This document shows, piece after piece, positions 50,997-59,047 of a DNA stretch of 64,000 nucleotides (position 1 is its first letter; each line of letters starts with the position of its first letter). The notes below the pieces were generated by a model that was not told where the DNA came from, ran no database searches, and saw nothing but the letters and a program-made list of their open reading frames with translations. A program made the position numbers and the translations under genes. The stretch lies in assembly GCA_964571255.1 (NCBI GenBank), contig CAZNAA010000001.1, positions 702,230 through 766,229 of the forward strand. Reading direction: 5' to 3'. The stretch is from an uncultured Gammaproteobacteria bacterium (GTDB lineage Bacteria; Patescibacteriota; Microgenomatia; Levybacterales; UBA12049).

Positions 50997-51079
50997 GACT
51001 CACCTCCGTGTAAACAGATATCTCCACACCTTCCGGGACATCCGAAAGGTGAGTAGACTCGAGTGAGGGAGCAGAGATA

Positions 51080-51328
51080 CTAGAAAGTCAGGTACTGAAT
51101 CCTCGTCACTCCAGATGTTTCTCGAACCTGAGCCAGATAACTACTGATCTGGTCCGGAGTAACACCTCGATAGAGCGTTGAGAAGAGATATCGTCCCTCC
51201 TCAAGCTCAACAGGATTTCCCGCTACGGCGTTAGACGCCGGTGCTGCCGAGAAAGGAGGAAGCGTTGTATTATAGCTTCCATCCGGAAGCTTCTTCCTCG
51301 TCACTTCCACTGCAATGAGATAGTTCAT
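51080..51328 (-). CDS. small protein (82 aa), module A
   Basis: GGAGGA Shine-Dalgarno 5 nt before the ATG; first gene behind the conserved promoter and leader. Confidence 0.4.
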   Translation of the reverse strand: MNYLIAVEVTRKKLPDGSYNTTLPPFSAAPASNAVAGNPVELEEGRYLFSTLYRGVTPDQISSYLAQVRETSGVTRIQYLTF

Positions 51329-51497
51329 CAGATTCCTCCATGCGGTCTAGATCTGCCCCCTCAAAGACCGCTCAGAGAAAAAAGAAGTAATTCTTTCCTT
51401 TCTTAGCAGTCTTTGCGTAAGACAAACTAATTTAGCAAGAGCTTGTTAAAGAACTAAGAAGAAGTTGAAACGCATTTGTTTCTTTTTCTTCTTATTA
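51329..51497 (-). promoter_or_regulatory. conserved ~165 nt structured 5' leader, module A
   Basis: Hairpins AAGAAGAA-AAAGAAACAAAUGCGUUUCAAC-UUCUUCUU and GCGGUCU...AGACCGC are identical in copy B; the SD lies directly 3' of hairpin 2. Confidence 0.45.
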
Positions 51498-51503
51498 AGC
51501 GTG

Positions 51504-51532
51504 AGATTACCATAAAAATGCCTTGATGTCAA
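51504..51532 (-). promoter_or_regulatory. sigma70-type promoter, module A (-35 TTGACA, 17 nt spacer, -10 TAATCT)
   Basis: Read on the minus strand; copy B has TTGACT / 17 nt / TAATCT. Confidence 0.5.
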
Positions 51533-51597
51533 ACTATGGGATAATTTACTTTGAGTAACTTCTAGACAAGTTACACTCAAAAGAGTATAAATAGGGT

Positions 51598-52203
51598 ATG
51601 TTTGAATTACCCACTCTTCCGTATGACTACTCCGCTCTTGAACCATATATTGATGAAGAAACTATGCGTCTTCACCACACCAAACATCACCAAACCTATA
51701 TTACAAAGCTTAACGAAGCGCTAGCAAAACATCCAGAGATTCATATTGATAACGCAGAAGAATTATTAAAACAACTTACTTCTCTTCCTGAGGATATTCA
51801 GAAAGCTGTAAGAAATCATGGTGGGGGACACAGTAATCATTCTCTTTTCTGGACTATTATGAGTAAAAGTGAGGGGAGTACTCCTTCTGGAAAAATTGCT
51901 AAAGCCATTGAGGAAACATTTGGCAGTTTTGATGAGTTTAAAGAGAAATTCTCAACTACCGCAACAAATATCTTTGGCTCAGGTTGGGCATGGCTGGCGG
52001 TAAAAGAAGGCAAACTTCACCTGCTTGATACAGCGAATCAAGATTCACCACTTCTTCAAGGAATGACTCCTGTTTTTGCTTTAGATGTGTGGGAGCATGC
52101 ATATTATTTGAAATATCAAAACAAGAGAGCTGATTATATTGCCGCCTGGTGGAATATTATTAACTGGGAAGAGGTTGAGAAGCGTTTTGAAAGTGCAATG
52201 TAG
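51598..52203 (+). CDS. sodA: Fe/Mn superoxide dismutase
   Basis: [29 protein letters not shown] and DVWEHAYY metal-ligand motifs. Confidence 0.9.
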   Translation: MFELPTLPYDYSALEPYIDEETMRLHHTKHHQTYITKLNEALAKHPEIHIDNAEELLKQLTSLPEDIQKAVRNHGGGHSNHSLFWTIMSKSEGSTPSGKIAKAIEETFGSFDEFKEKFSTTATNIFGSGWAWLAVKEGKLHLLDTANQDSPLLQGMTPVFALDVWEHAYYLKYQNKRADYIAAWWNIINWEEVEKRFESAM

Positions 52204-52893
52204 ATGAAATCCCTATTCCTTAAAATTAGTTTAGTCAGTATCTATCTTGTGTGTTTTCTCGTTCCCGGTTACACCTACTTTTTCTCAAGTCCCACAACTC
52301 TTGAAACTCTTAAAAGCACTCCCATCACTGATCCGCTCTTTCACTTAACCCTTTTTAGACTTTTTGGACTCTATGCCTTTACCCTTGTCTGGAGTCAAAT
52401 TATGCTTGGAGCTCTCAGACTTCCTTTAACCAGATTTTTTGGGAGTAAAATACTAGGATTGCATATCACCTTTGGTATCACTACGCTTCTTTTCACTTTC
52501 TTGCATACCGGACTTTTTTCCCTAGCTCATTTTTTACAAACTCCACCTGTTTTTTTCCCTCCAACCATGTTGCAAACGTATTTGGGAAGTCTGGCAATCT
52601 ATGGATACTTAGGACTCATTGCCTTTGACTTGATGCTTCTCACTACTGCGGCAGGAATCCTGAGAAAGAAGTTATTTATTCGAAAATACTGGAGACTTAT
52701 TCACAAAGGGAATTATCTTATCTTTATTCTTGTTTTTATTCACAGCTCTATGATTGGGAGTGAAATAGGAACTTCTCCTATGCAATATCTCTATCGTTTC
52801 TTTCTTCTCACTTTTATTGGAGTTGTAGGGTACAAACTATACGATGCCAATAAATCCTGCTTACAAAAAGTTACGGAGAATAATGTGGCTTAG
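52204..52893 (+). CDS. bis-heme b-type membrane protein (ferric reductase / MsrQ-like transmembrane domain)
   Basis: Six predicted TM helices with two His pairs spaced 13-14 residues apart (LHITFG...FLHTG; IHKGN...FIHSS); start codon abuts the sodA stop. Confidence 0.4.
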   Translation: MKSLFLKISLVSIYLVCFLVPGYTYFFSSPTTLETLKSTPITDPLFHLTLFRLFGLYAFTLVWSQIMLGALRLPLTRFFGSKILGLHITFGITTLLFTFLHTGLFSLAHFLQTPPVFFPPTMLQTYLGSLAIYGYLGLIAFDLMLLTTAAGILRKKLFIRKYWRLIHKGNYLIFILVFIHSSMIGSEIGTSPMQYLYRFFLLTFIGVVGYKLYDANKSCLQKVTENNVA

Positions 52894-52989
52894 TGCCGAG
52901 GAGAGGAAGAGACGAGGTGTTCGGCTTGTTAGCGCTCAACGCGCTTAGCCGATGTACCATCATCTTTTTTCTTCCTTCTCCTCAGGCAC
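52893..52989. repeat. 97 nt long-stem structured element, copy B
   Basis: Starts in the stop codon of the 52204..52893 gene; the G>A change in the 5' arm is matched by C>T in the 3' arm, so pairing is preserved. Confidence 0.6.
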
Positions 52990-53001
52990 TTGAGCTCTTG
53001 C

Positions 53002-53448
53002 TTACGGGACCTTAACCTTTACTGGTGACGATCGCCAGAACTTTACTCCGGTGTTCAGCTCATACTGAATATTTATTCGCCTACCAGAGGGAATCTCCCA
53101 GATGCTTGGGTCAAACTCGCAGAGATAGATATGTCCACTCCCTCGGGGAGCGGATTGCTCGGGAGTTAGATCACAGAGATGGACCGCTACGGGAGCGTCT
53201 ATCCCTTCCCACTCCCAAGTTCCGAGGAAAGAAACAAGTGTCAGGTCATCCCTACGAGGGACATAGACACTCATCTTGATCTTTCCATCCACCACTCGGG
53301 GGGAATCATTCCAATCTGCTCCAGACTGAAGTGTCCTATTATTGAACAGGAGTGAAATCCCAAGTATTGTCAAAAGGCAGATAGTAACAAGTCCTCGTCC
53401 CCAAGAGAATTTAGAGCGCGGTCGATTAGTGTACGTCCGAGCACCCAT
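53002..53448 (-). CDS. signal-anchored secreted protein, module B
   Basis: GGAGGA Shine-Dalgarno; basic N-terminus plus TM; HIYLCEFDPSIWEIPSGRRINIQ matches CHFDPKGKNIPHGAIIQ in the module-A protein. Confidence 0.5.
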   Translation of the reverse strand: MGARTYTNRPRSKFSWGRGLVTICLLTILGISLLFNNRTLQSGADWNDSPRVVDGKIKMSVYVPRRDDLTLVSFLGTWEWEGIDAPVAVHLCDLTPEQSAPRGSGHIYLCEFDPSIWEIPSGRRINIQYELNTGVKFWRSSPVKVKVP

Positions 53449-53533
53449 AGTGGTGTCCTCCAGTTAGAGATAGTATCGCGACACTTCCGGGACATCCGAA
53501 AGTGAGTACGATTGAGTGAGGGGGCAGAGGTCA

Positions 53534-53758
53534 CTAGAAGAGCCTGTGCATGTGATAGTCGATCAGATTAGGATCAATTTTGAGATTGATCCTAAAGGTA
53601 TTCATATCTTCCTCTGAGATATGATGCCGACTTATTGAAATATAGATACCATCTTTTGGTACCGCGTCAATGCTAGCAAGCAGAGGAACTGAGTCTTGCA
53701 ACGCACATGGATACTTTCGTGAACGCATCTTACAAACAACCAAGTAATCGTACATCAT
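53534..53758 (-). CDS. small protein (74 aa), module B
   Basis: GGAGGG SD then ATGATG; same position as the module-A small ORF but highly diverged. Confidence 0.35.
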   Translation of the reverse strand: MMYDYLVVCKMRSRKYPCALQDSVPLLASIDAVPKDGIYISISRHHISEEDMNTFRINLKIDPNLIDYHMHRLF

Positions 53759-53917
53759 CCCTCCCTGCGGTCTAGATCTGCCCCCTCAAAGACCGCTCAG
53801 AGAAAAAAGAATAAGCTTCTTTTCTTTCTGAACAATCCTTAAAGAGACATTTAAGCAAGAGCTGTTAAAGAACGTAAGAAGAAGTTGAAACGCATTTGTT
53901 TCTTTTTCTTCTTATTA
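53759..53917 (-). promoter_or_regulatory. conserved structured 5' leader, module B
   Basis: Same two hairpin blocks as 51329..51497; the central ~45 nt is variable. Confidence 0.45.
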
Positions 53918-53923
53918 CGCGTG

Positions 53924-53952
53924 AGATTATCATAAAAATATCTTAAAGTCAA
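53924..53952 (-). promoter_or_regulatory. sigma70-type promoter, module B (-35 TTGACT, 17 nt, -10 TAATCT)
   Basis: Read on the minus strand. Confidence 0.5.
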
Positions 53953-54005
53953 ACTATGGGACGGTTTATGTTTGATCTTAGTGCTTTGTACAAAGGGAGA
54001 TTATC

Positions 54006-54638
54006 CTAGATTCCAACTAGTTTATTCGCTAGCTTATCTACTCGTTCATTCATTTCTATTCCTGCATGTCCTGCAACTTTTTCATAGACTACTTGTAACG
54101 CATTTTCCTGAATTACTTTTTCAATTGCCTCAAAGATTTCTTTATTCGCTTTAATCATTGAAGCGGGTTTAAAGAGGTTATGAATCGAGATTTGACTGTC
54201 AGAGAGAATTTTTATTGTTTTATACTTGTTTTTAGCTGCCCAAACTAACGCTTCAAAAATAGCCAACGCTTCTGCTGTATTATTCGTTTGCTTTCCTTCA
54301 ACTAACCCACTTGCTTCAAAGTTTTTGGTAACAAAAGCCCAAGCAGCTTTGGCATTGACTTGTCCATTGCTTGCACACGCCCCGTCAGTCCAAATCTCGA
54401 TATCAAACTGGTGATCTAAAGGAAGCTCTGGAGTCGTAAAAAGAGAGTAGTTTTTATTCACTACTTTAAAAGAGTCGTCTAGATACATTTTCTGACACCT
54501 TGGACAGAAGTAATAGGCAGTATAGTAATATTGTTTTAACAATTGCTCAGGAGTACGTCTGGTTTGACGTACTTGTAGTGGAGTCCTACAGGTTTTACAT
54601 GTTTTATTTGATAAATTCTGCGACATAGGACTTTGCAA
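54006..54638 (-). CDS. rnhA: ribonuclease HI with N-terminal zinc-ribbon region
   Basis: C-terminal RNase H1 residues (IWTDGAC, TNNTAEALAIFEAL, ILSDSQ, HAGIEMNERVDKLAN); N-terminal CKTC...CPRC. Confidence 0.7.
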   Translation of the reverse strand: MQSPMSQNLSNKTCKTCRTPLQVRQTRRTPEQLLKQYYYTAYYFCPRCQKMYLDDSFKVVNKNYSLFTTPELPLDHQFDIEIWTDGACASNGQVNAKAAWAFVTKNFEASGLVEGKQTNNTAEALAIFEALVWAAKNKYKTIKILSDSQISIHNLFKPASMIKANKEIFEAIEKVIQENALQVVYEKVAGHAGIEMNERVDKLANKLVGI

Positions 54639-54909
54639 ACCCTCCTCTCTCTTTTTTCTTCTTTAATCGAATTTGCTCCAATTGTTTTTTTGTAGCTCCT
54701 GTCTCTTTCAAGAGAGCCAAAAGAACTTCTTGAATATCCGCTAACTCTTCAAGTGTATCGTCAAGTAAAAATTCTTTTACCTCCTCTTGTAATTTTTCTT
54801 TGAGTAGGGGAGTGACATCACTTTTCTTTGCTTGGTACCATTTCCCTTTTTTCCCAAGTTGTTGCATTAATTCTGGAATTTTATCACGAACGAGCTTTTT
54901 TACTAACAC
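54604..54909 (-). CDS. MazG-like nucleoside triphosphate pyrophosphohydrolase (small all-alpha)
   Basis: LVRDKIPELM...EEVKEFLLD...EELADIQEVLLALL pattern of MazG/HisE-like NTP-PPase. Confidence 0.5.
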   Translation of the reverse strand: MLVKKLVRDKIPELMQQLGKKGKWYQAKKSDVTPLLKEKLQEEVKEFLLDDTLEELADIQEVLLALLKETGATKKQLEQIRLKKKKERGGFAKSYVAEFIK

Positions 54910-55102
54910 AAAAAGAGTATATCAGAAGTGGGGGAGTTAGAAGGGTAGACAATCCCAAATAAACCTCGACTTATTAGGGGGATGCTGTAAGGGTTACTCT
55001 TTTCAAAAAAATGGTTAATTTTATTACATTGATACTAAGTTGCTAAACGCTTTTTCATAGATGAAAGGCTGGATACGTCTTATATGTATTGGTGCCTGCT
55101 CC

Positions 55103-55468
55103 CTACTCTAGGATTAGCAATAAAATACCCTGAGTGCTAAAATGTATTTTCGTGTTTTTTTTAGGCGTGCCATGTATCAACTCTGAGCCTATTTCCTGTA
55201 TTATCGAAGGGCCTTCCCTATTCCAATAATAACTTTGCCCTATTGTTGCAACAAGTAGACTATAGAGGTTAAATCCATTGACTCCACAGGCTCCCAAAAA
55301 ACTCATTAAGAGTCCTCCAATAAATGCTCCAACAATTCCTAATATGATAGTAAGTACTGCTCCCTGCTGTGCATTAGTACCCATCACTATGGATGCAATC
55401 CATCCTACGATTGCTCTTAAAACGATCCATAAGTAATATTCATGCCTACATGTCCACCTCTTTTCCAC
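55103..55468 (-). CDS. GlsB/YeaQ/YmgE family small membrane protein
   Basis: IILGIVGAFIGGLLMSFLG...GFNLYSLLVATIGQ; true start probably an internal codon. Confidence 0.5.
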   Translation of the reverse strand: MEKRWTCRHEYYLWIVLRAIVGWIASIVMGTNAQQGAVLTIILGIVGAFIGGLLMSFLGACGVNGFNLYSLLVATIGQSYYWNREGPSIIQEIGSELIHGTPKKNTKIHFSTQGILLLILE

Positions 55469-55540
55469 TTACTACTCTCCTGTGTAGAATAAACTCTACA
55501 AAAAATGAATATGAAAGAAGTATGAGAGCAGTAAGACCGT

Positions 55541-56284
55541 TTAACGCTTTTTTCCGCCAAAGACCAAATTAGTCGCAACGCCAACAACTCCAACCCCCAC
55601 ATGGGTCCACTCACTATTAAGTTGGTTGTCATCATGTGGTTTATCTGCAGCATATACCCACTCGATAAGATGGACTCCTTCTAGGGTATAGCCGTAACTG
55701 GAGTTTTCACCTAAAGAGCTAAAACCAAGTTTACTAAATCCATCTTGATTATTCATAAAGTCCATAAACCCTTTGTGACCATCCAATGTCCCCTTCTGTG
55801 AAAATTCGTTTGCACGAGAATGGGCATAATTTGCCAAAGACGAATCCCAGCTAAGACTTCCCTTCCCATGTTTCTGCCGATAACTATTTAAGGCTTGTAG
55901 GATTTCTTGAGGTGTTCCCTGCTTTTCGTCATTTTTCACCTGCATTGTCCACGTATGCTCGTCAATCTGAACTGCCTTTCCCCACTCTTGTGACTTTTGT
56001 AGAAGTGGAGTCGGTGTAGCAGTTGGAATAACAAGTTTTTTCTGTCCTACTCCTAACTCTTTAATTTGGGTGTAGCGAGACAGGGCTTGTTTTCGAGCAT
56101 TTTCTAAAGGAGTTGCAATCGTACTTTGATGCGTGGGGCTTGAAGAAACCAAAACTCTTTCCCCTTTATAGGAGAATGGAATAAAAGAAGTGGTTATACT
56201 AAAGATGCTACAAAGGAAGAGAAAGGTCCATCTTTTTGAAAAAAGAGTAGTAACGGGAAAAGATAAGTAGTGTGTTACTTTCAT
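55541..56284 (-). CDS. CAP (SCP/PR-1, YkwD-like) domain secreted protein
   Basis: N-terminal TM; C-terminal GENSSYG...EWVYAADKPHDDNQLNSEWTHVGVGV resembles the CAP GENIAYG...HRxNIL..THVGVG pattern. Confidence 0.45.
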   Translation of the reverse strand: MKVTHYLSFPVTTLFSKRWTFLFLCSIFSITTSFIPFSYKGERVLVSSSPTHQSTIATPLENARKQALSRYTQIKELGVGQKKLVIPTATPTPLLQKSQEWGKAVQIDEHTWTMQVKNDEKQGTPQEILQALNSYRQKHGKGSLSWDSSLANYAHSRANEFSQKGTLDGHKGFMDFMNNQDGFSKLGFSSLGENSSYGYTLEGVHLIEWVYAADKPHDDNQLNSEWTHVGVGVVGVATNLVFGGKKR

Positions 56285-56353
56285 ATGAGGACACTACATC
56301 TAGTAAGACATACCCTATAAAAAAAAGCAAGATCCCTATAGTATAATACTCTT

Positions 56354-57115
56354 ATGGAGAATATCATTCTTATCAATAAACCTAGAGGAATTACTCCTTT
56401 AGACAGTATCATTTCATTTAAGAAGTCTCGTCCAGAGTTCTCTTCTGAGACAATTAGCTTTGCAGGAAGACTAGATCCTATGGCAGAAGGACTTTTAGTT
56501 CTGTTAGTTGGAGAAGAGAATAAAAAAAGAAAACAGTACGAAGGATTACCCAAAACATATGAGTTTACTCTCCTTTTAGGTATCACTACTGATACCTATG
56601 ACATATTGGGGAAAATCACTTCCGTACGTACTCCTGCAGTTACTAGTGAAAAAACACTTCTTTCCACGCTTCCCTCTTTTGTCCATACCTTCTCTCAACC
56701 CTATCCTCCCTACTCTTCAAAACCTGTGAATGGAAAACCGCTCTATTATTGGGCACGAGCAGGTAAGATGACTGAGCTTACTATTCCTGAAAAGATAGTA
56801 ACAATCACTAGTCTCACTCCCCTCTCTTCTAGCTCTATTGACTCCTCCTCCCTACTTTCATCAATTACTGCAGATATTTCCCGCGTCAAAGGCGACTTTC
56901 GCCAAGATGATATCCTCTCCTCCTGGGAAAAATGTGCCCCCAATCTCCCCTCCTCTCTTCCTCTCCTTACTTTTCGTGTAACATGTACCAGTGGAGTATA
57001 TATTCGGTCTTTGTGTCAGGCAATGGGGGAAAGCCTTGGGTGCGGGGCACTTGCCTATCGGATTAGAAGGACACAAGTTGGAGAGTTTTTACTGCAAGAT
57101 GCACTAACTCTTTAA
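56354..57115 (+). CDS. truB: tRNA pseudouridine(55) synthase TruB
   Basis: LINKPRGITP...FAGRLDPMAEGLLVLLVGE catalytic-Asp motif. Confidence 0.75.
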   Translation: MENIILINKPRGITPLDSIISFKKSRPEFSSETISFAGRLDPMAEGLLVLLVGEENKKRKQYEGLPKTYEFTLLLGITTDTYDILGKITSVRTPAVTSEKTLLSTLPSFVHTFSQPYPPYSSKPVNGKPLYYWARAGKMTELTIPEKIVTITSLTPLSSSSIDSSSLLSSITADISRVKGDFRQDDILSSWEKCAPNLPSSLPLLTFRVTCTSGVYIRSLCQAMGESLGCGALAYRIRRTQVGEFLLQDALTL

Positions 57116-57155
57116 GAAACTCTTGTATACTTTCATGACCATATTACTTCTTACT

Positions 57156-58328
57156 CTACTCTTTTTTTTCCAGAATAAAACGCTCCACTATTACCCATAG
57201 GAAATATCCAACAGGTAAGAAAAATAACAGCTTGGGATAATAAGACATGGTTAATACAGAAAAACTGTTGAAGAGACAAAAATACCCTAACCCCTTTTCT
57301 TTTTTCCATTCTTTCACAAAAAGAAAAAGAAGAAGTATGAGAACAACTCCTAAAGAATACGAGTAGCGAAGACTAGAAACCATAATCCATGGCTTCCAAT
57401 CCATCGGAAGAAAAAGGAAAACAAGAAAAAGAAAAAGAGCTAGGAAGCTGAGTTTTTTTATTTCTTCAGACAGAGTTAATCGATTTACTAAATAAATAAA
57501 TGGAAAAGCAAAAAACCAGAGTGTGAATAATTTATATTCTGAAATGAGTGCGTGAAAAACGAGTAGTGGATAGGCAAAAATTGTTCTCCAGACTACTTCA
57601 TCACTTCTAAATACCCCCTCCCCCTTGAAACCTAACACGTCAAGTGGATAGAATGGATTTCCTAATAACAAATAGTTTCTCACATACCATCCTCCTCCAA
57701 GGAGGAAAGCAGGAAGAAGAAAAACTGCAAGTTTTTTTAGCGTAATAGTTTTTTTAAGAGATACTAAGGATATGATAAAAAGAGGAAGTGGATACACCAA
57801 AGCAATAAATTTCGATCCAATAAGCATCCCCACGCTTACCCCAAGTAGTCCCCACTTCCATACGTTTTTAAGAGATGAACGAAGAAGAAGAAGTGTTGTA
57901 AAGAAAAAAATACTTACCCAGACATCAATACTTACCGAATTTGCCCACCTATGAAAAACCGTTAGTGAAATACACGTTAAGGAGAACAACAGACTCATCT
58001 CTTTTGACAACACATAAGACCGGGCAAGAAGATACAGCACAAAACTAAATACAAAAAGTGCAAAAAGATTCGAAAGAGTTAAGGGAATATAGAAGAGTAA
58101 AAATAAACTGTGGAAAAGATTCGAGCTTCCTGGATAGTATTGTTGCGGAACTGTTATTCCCTGTGGAGAGATAAATTCACCGGATAAAATCATTTTGGCA
58201 ATTGGAATATGATAATCCCAACTATCCCCTAATGCAGGAATCGGGCTTCGTATCCCTTCGTACAGATAATAAGAGAATAAAAAAAAGACAAAGAAAAAAA
58301 GAATCTTAATAATAGTTCGCAGCTCCAT
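57156..58328 (-). CDS. polytopic membrane protein (O-antigen polymerase / GT-C-like)
   Basis: 390 aa, ~10 TM helices; no diagnostic motif. Confidence 0.3.
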   Translation of the reverse strand: MELRTIIKILFFFVFFLFSYYLYEGIRSPIPALGDSWDYHIPIAKMILSGEFISPQGITVPQQYYPGSSNLFHSLFLLFYIPLTLSNLFALFVFSFVLYLLARSYVLSKEMSLLFSLTCISLTVFHRWANSVSIDVWVSIFFFTTLLLLRSSLKNVWKWGLLGVSVGMLIGSKFIALVYPLPLFIISLVSLKKTITLKKLAVFLLPAFLLGGGWYVRNYLLLGNPFYPLDVLGFKGEGVFRSDEVVWRTIFAYPLLVFHALISEYKLFTLWFFAFPFIYLVNRLTLSEEIKKLSFLALFLFLVFLFLPMDWKPWIMVSSLRYSYSLGVVLILLLFLFVKEWKKEKGLGYFCLFNSFSVLTMSYYPKLLFFLPVGYFLWVIVERFILEKKE

Positions 58329-58560
58329 TTTCCGTATTGTACTGATAGTCTATGCTAAAATAAAGCGCAAAATGGAAACACTTGGACGGGTACTAGTTAC
58401 TAGTGGATCAGGCGGAATTTTTGACAACAAGAAGAAGGTATTCTAACAAAAAGGCTAGAGATATAGGGTTTACCCCTACTTCTCTAGCGCTAAATGTAAA
58501 AGATACACATAAGTGGTATCAAGAAGAGCAAAGCTCAAAAAGATAGTCACTCACGAAGAG

Positions 58561-58911
58561 TTACCATCTTTTATTTTCTCTTTTGAAATTTCCTCCTTGT
58601 CCTCCGCCACCGCGTCGGTCATTTTGGAAAGATCCTCCGCCACCAGTTCGTGGTCGGTCTTCTTGAGGACGTGCCTCGTTGACAATCATTGCTCGCCCAT
58701 CAACTTCTTGATTATTGAACATTTCCTGTGCTTTTTGAGCTTCTTCAGGTGTTGCCATCTCGACAAATCCAAATCCTTTACTTCGTCCAGTTTCACGATC
58801 ATTAATCACCTTTGCAGATGTAACCGTTCCAGCCTGGGTAAATAGTTCTTGCAACGTTTCAGACGTTGTACTGTATGGAAGATTTCCAACAAATAATTTG
58901 TTTGTAGTCAT
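58561..58911 (-). CDS. RRM-domain RNA-binding protein with Gly/Arg-rich tail
   Basis: RNP-2 LFVGNL and RNP-1 KGFGFVEM; tail with GGGG and RGG repeats. Confidence 0.85.
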   Translation of the reverse strand: MTTNKLFVGNLPYSTTSETLQELFTQAGTVTSAKVINDRETGRSKGFGFVEMATPEEAQKAQEMFNNQEVDGRAMIVNEARPQEDRPRTGGGGSFQNDRRGGGGQGGNFKRENKRW

Positions 58912-59047
58912 TATGCTCCTCCTTTCTTTATATATATTTCTATAGAGGAGCCATTAGATTTGAATGGTCATTAAACATTGACTGTATCGCTACAGTAAAC
59001 CTCACTAGATAAAAAGAGTATACAGGAAGTTGGGGAAAGTTGCAATC

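Noticed and set aside
51446-51646. 66 aa minus-strand ORF overlapping the module-A promoter and leader
   Set aside because: It lies within the conserved non-coding leader and overlaps the sodA start on the other strand. Copy B has no equivalent ORF, and there is a Lys-run artefact from the A-rich tract.
50418-52989. Diversity-generating retroelement (TR/VR pair) as explanation for the two 97 nt repeats
   Set aside because: There is no reverse transcriptase or avd gene in the window. The three differences between copies are G>A, A>G and C>T rather than adenine-specific. The repeats lie outside the ORFs, not at a 3' coding end.
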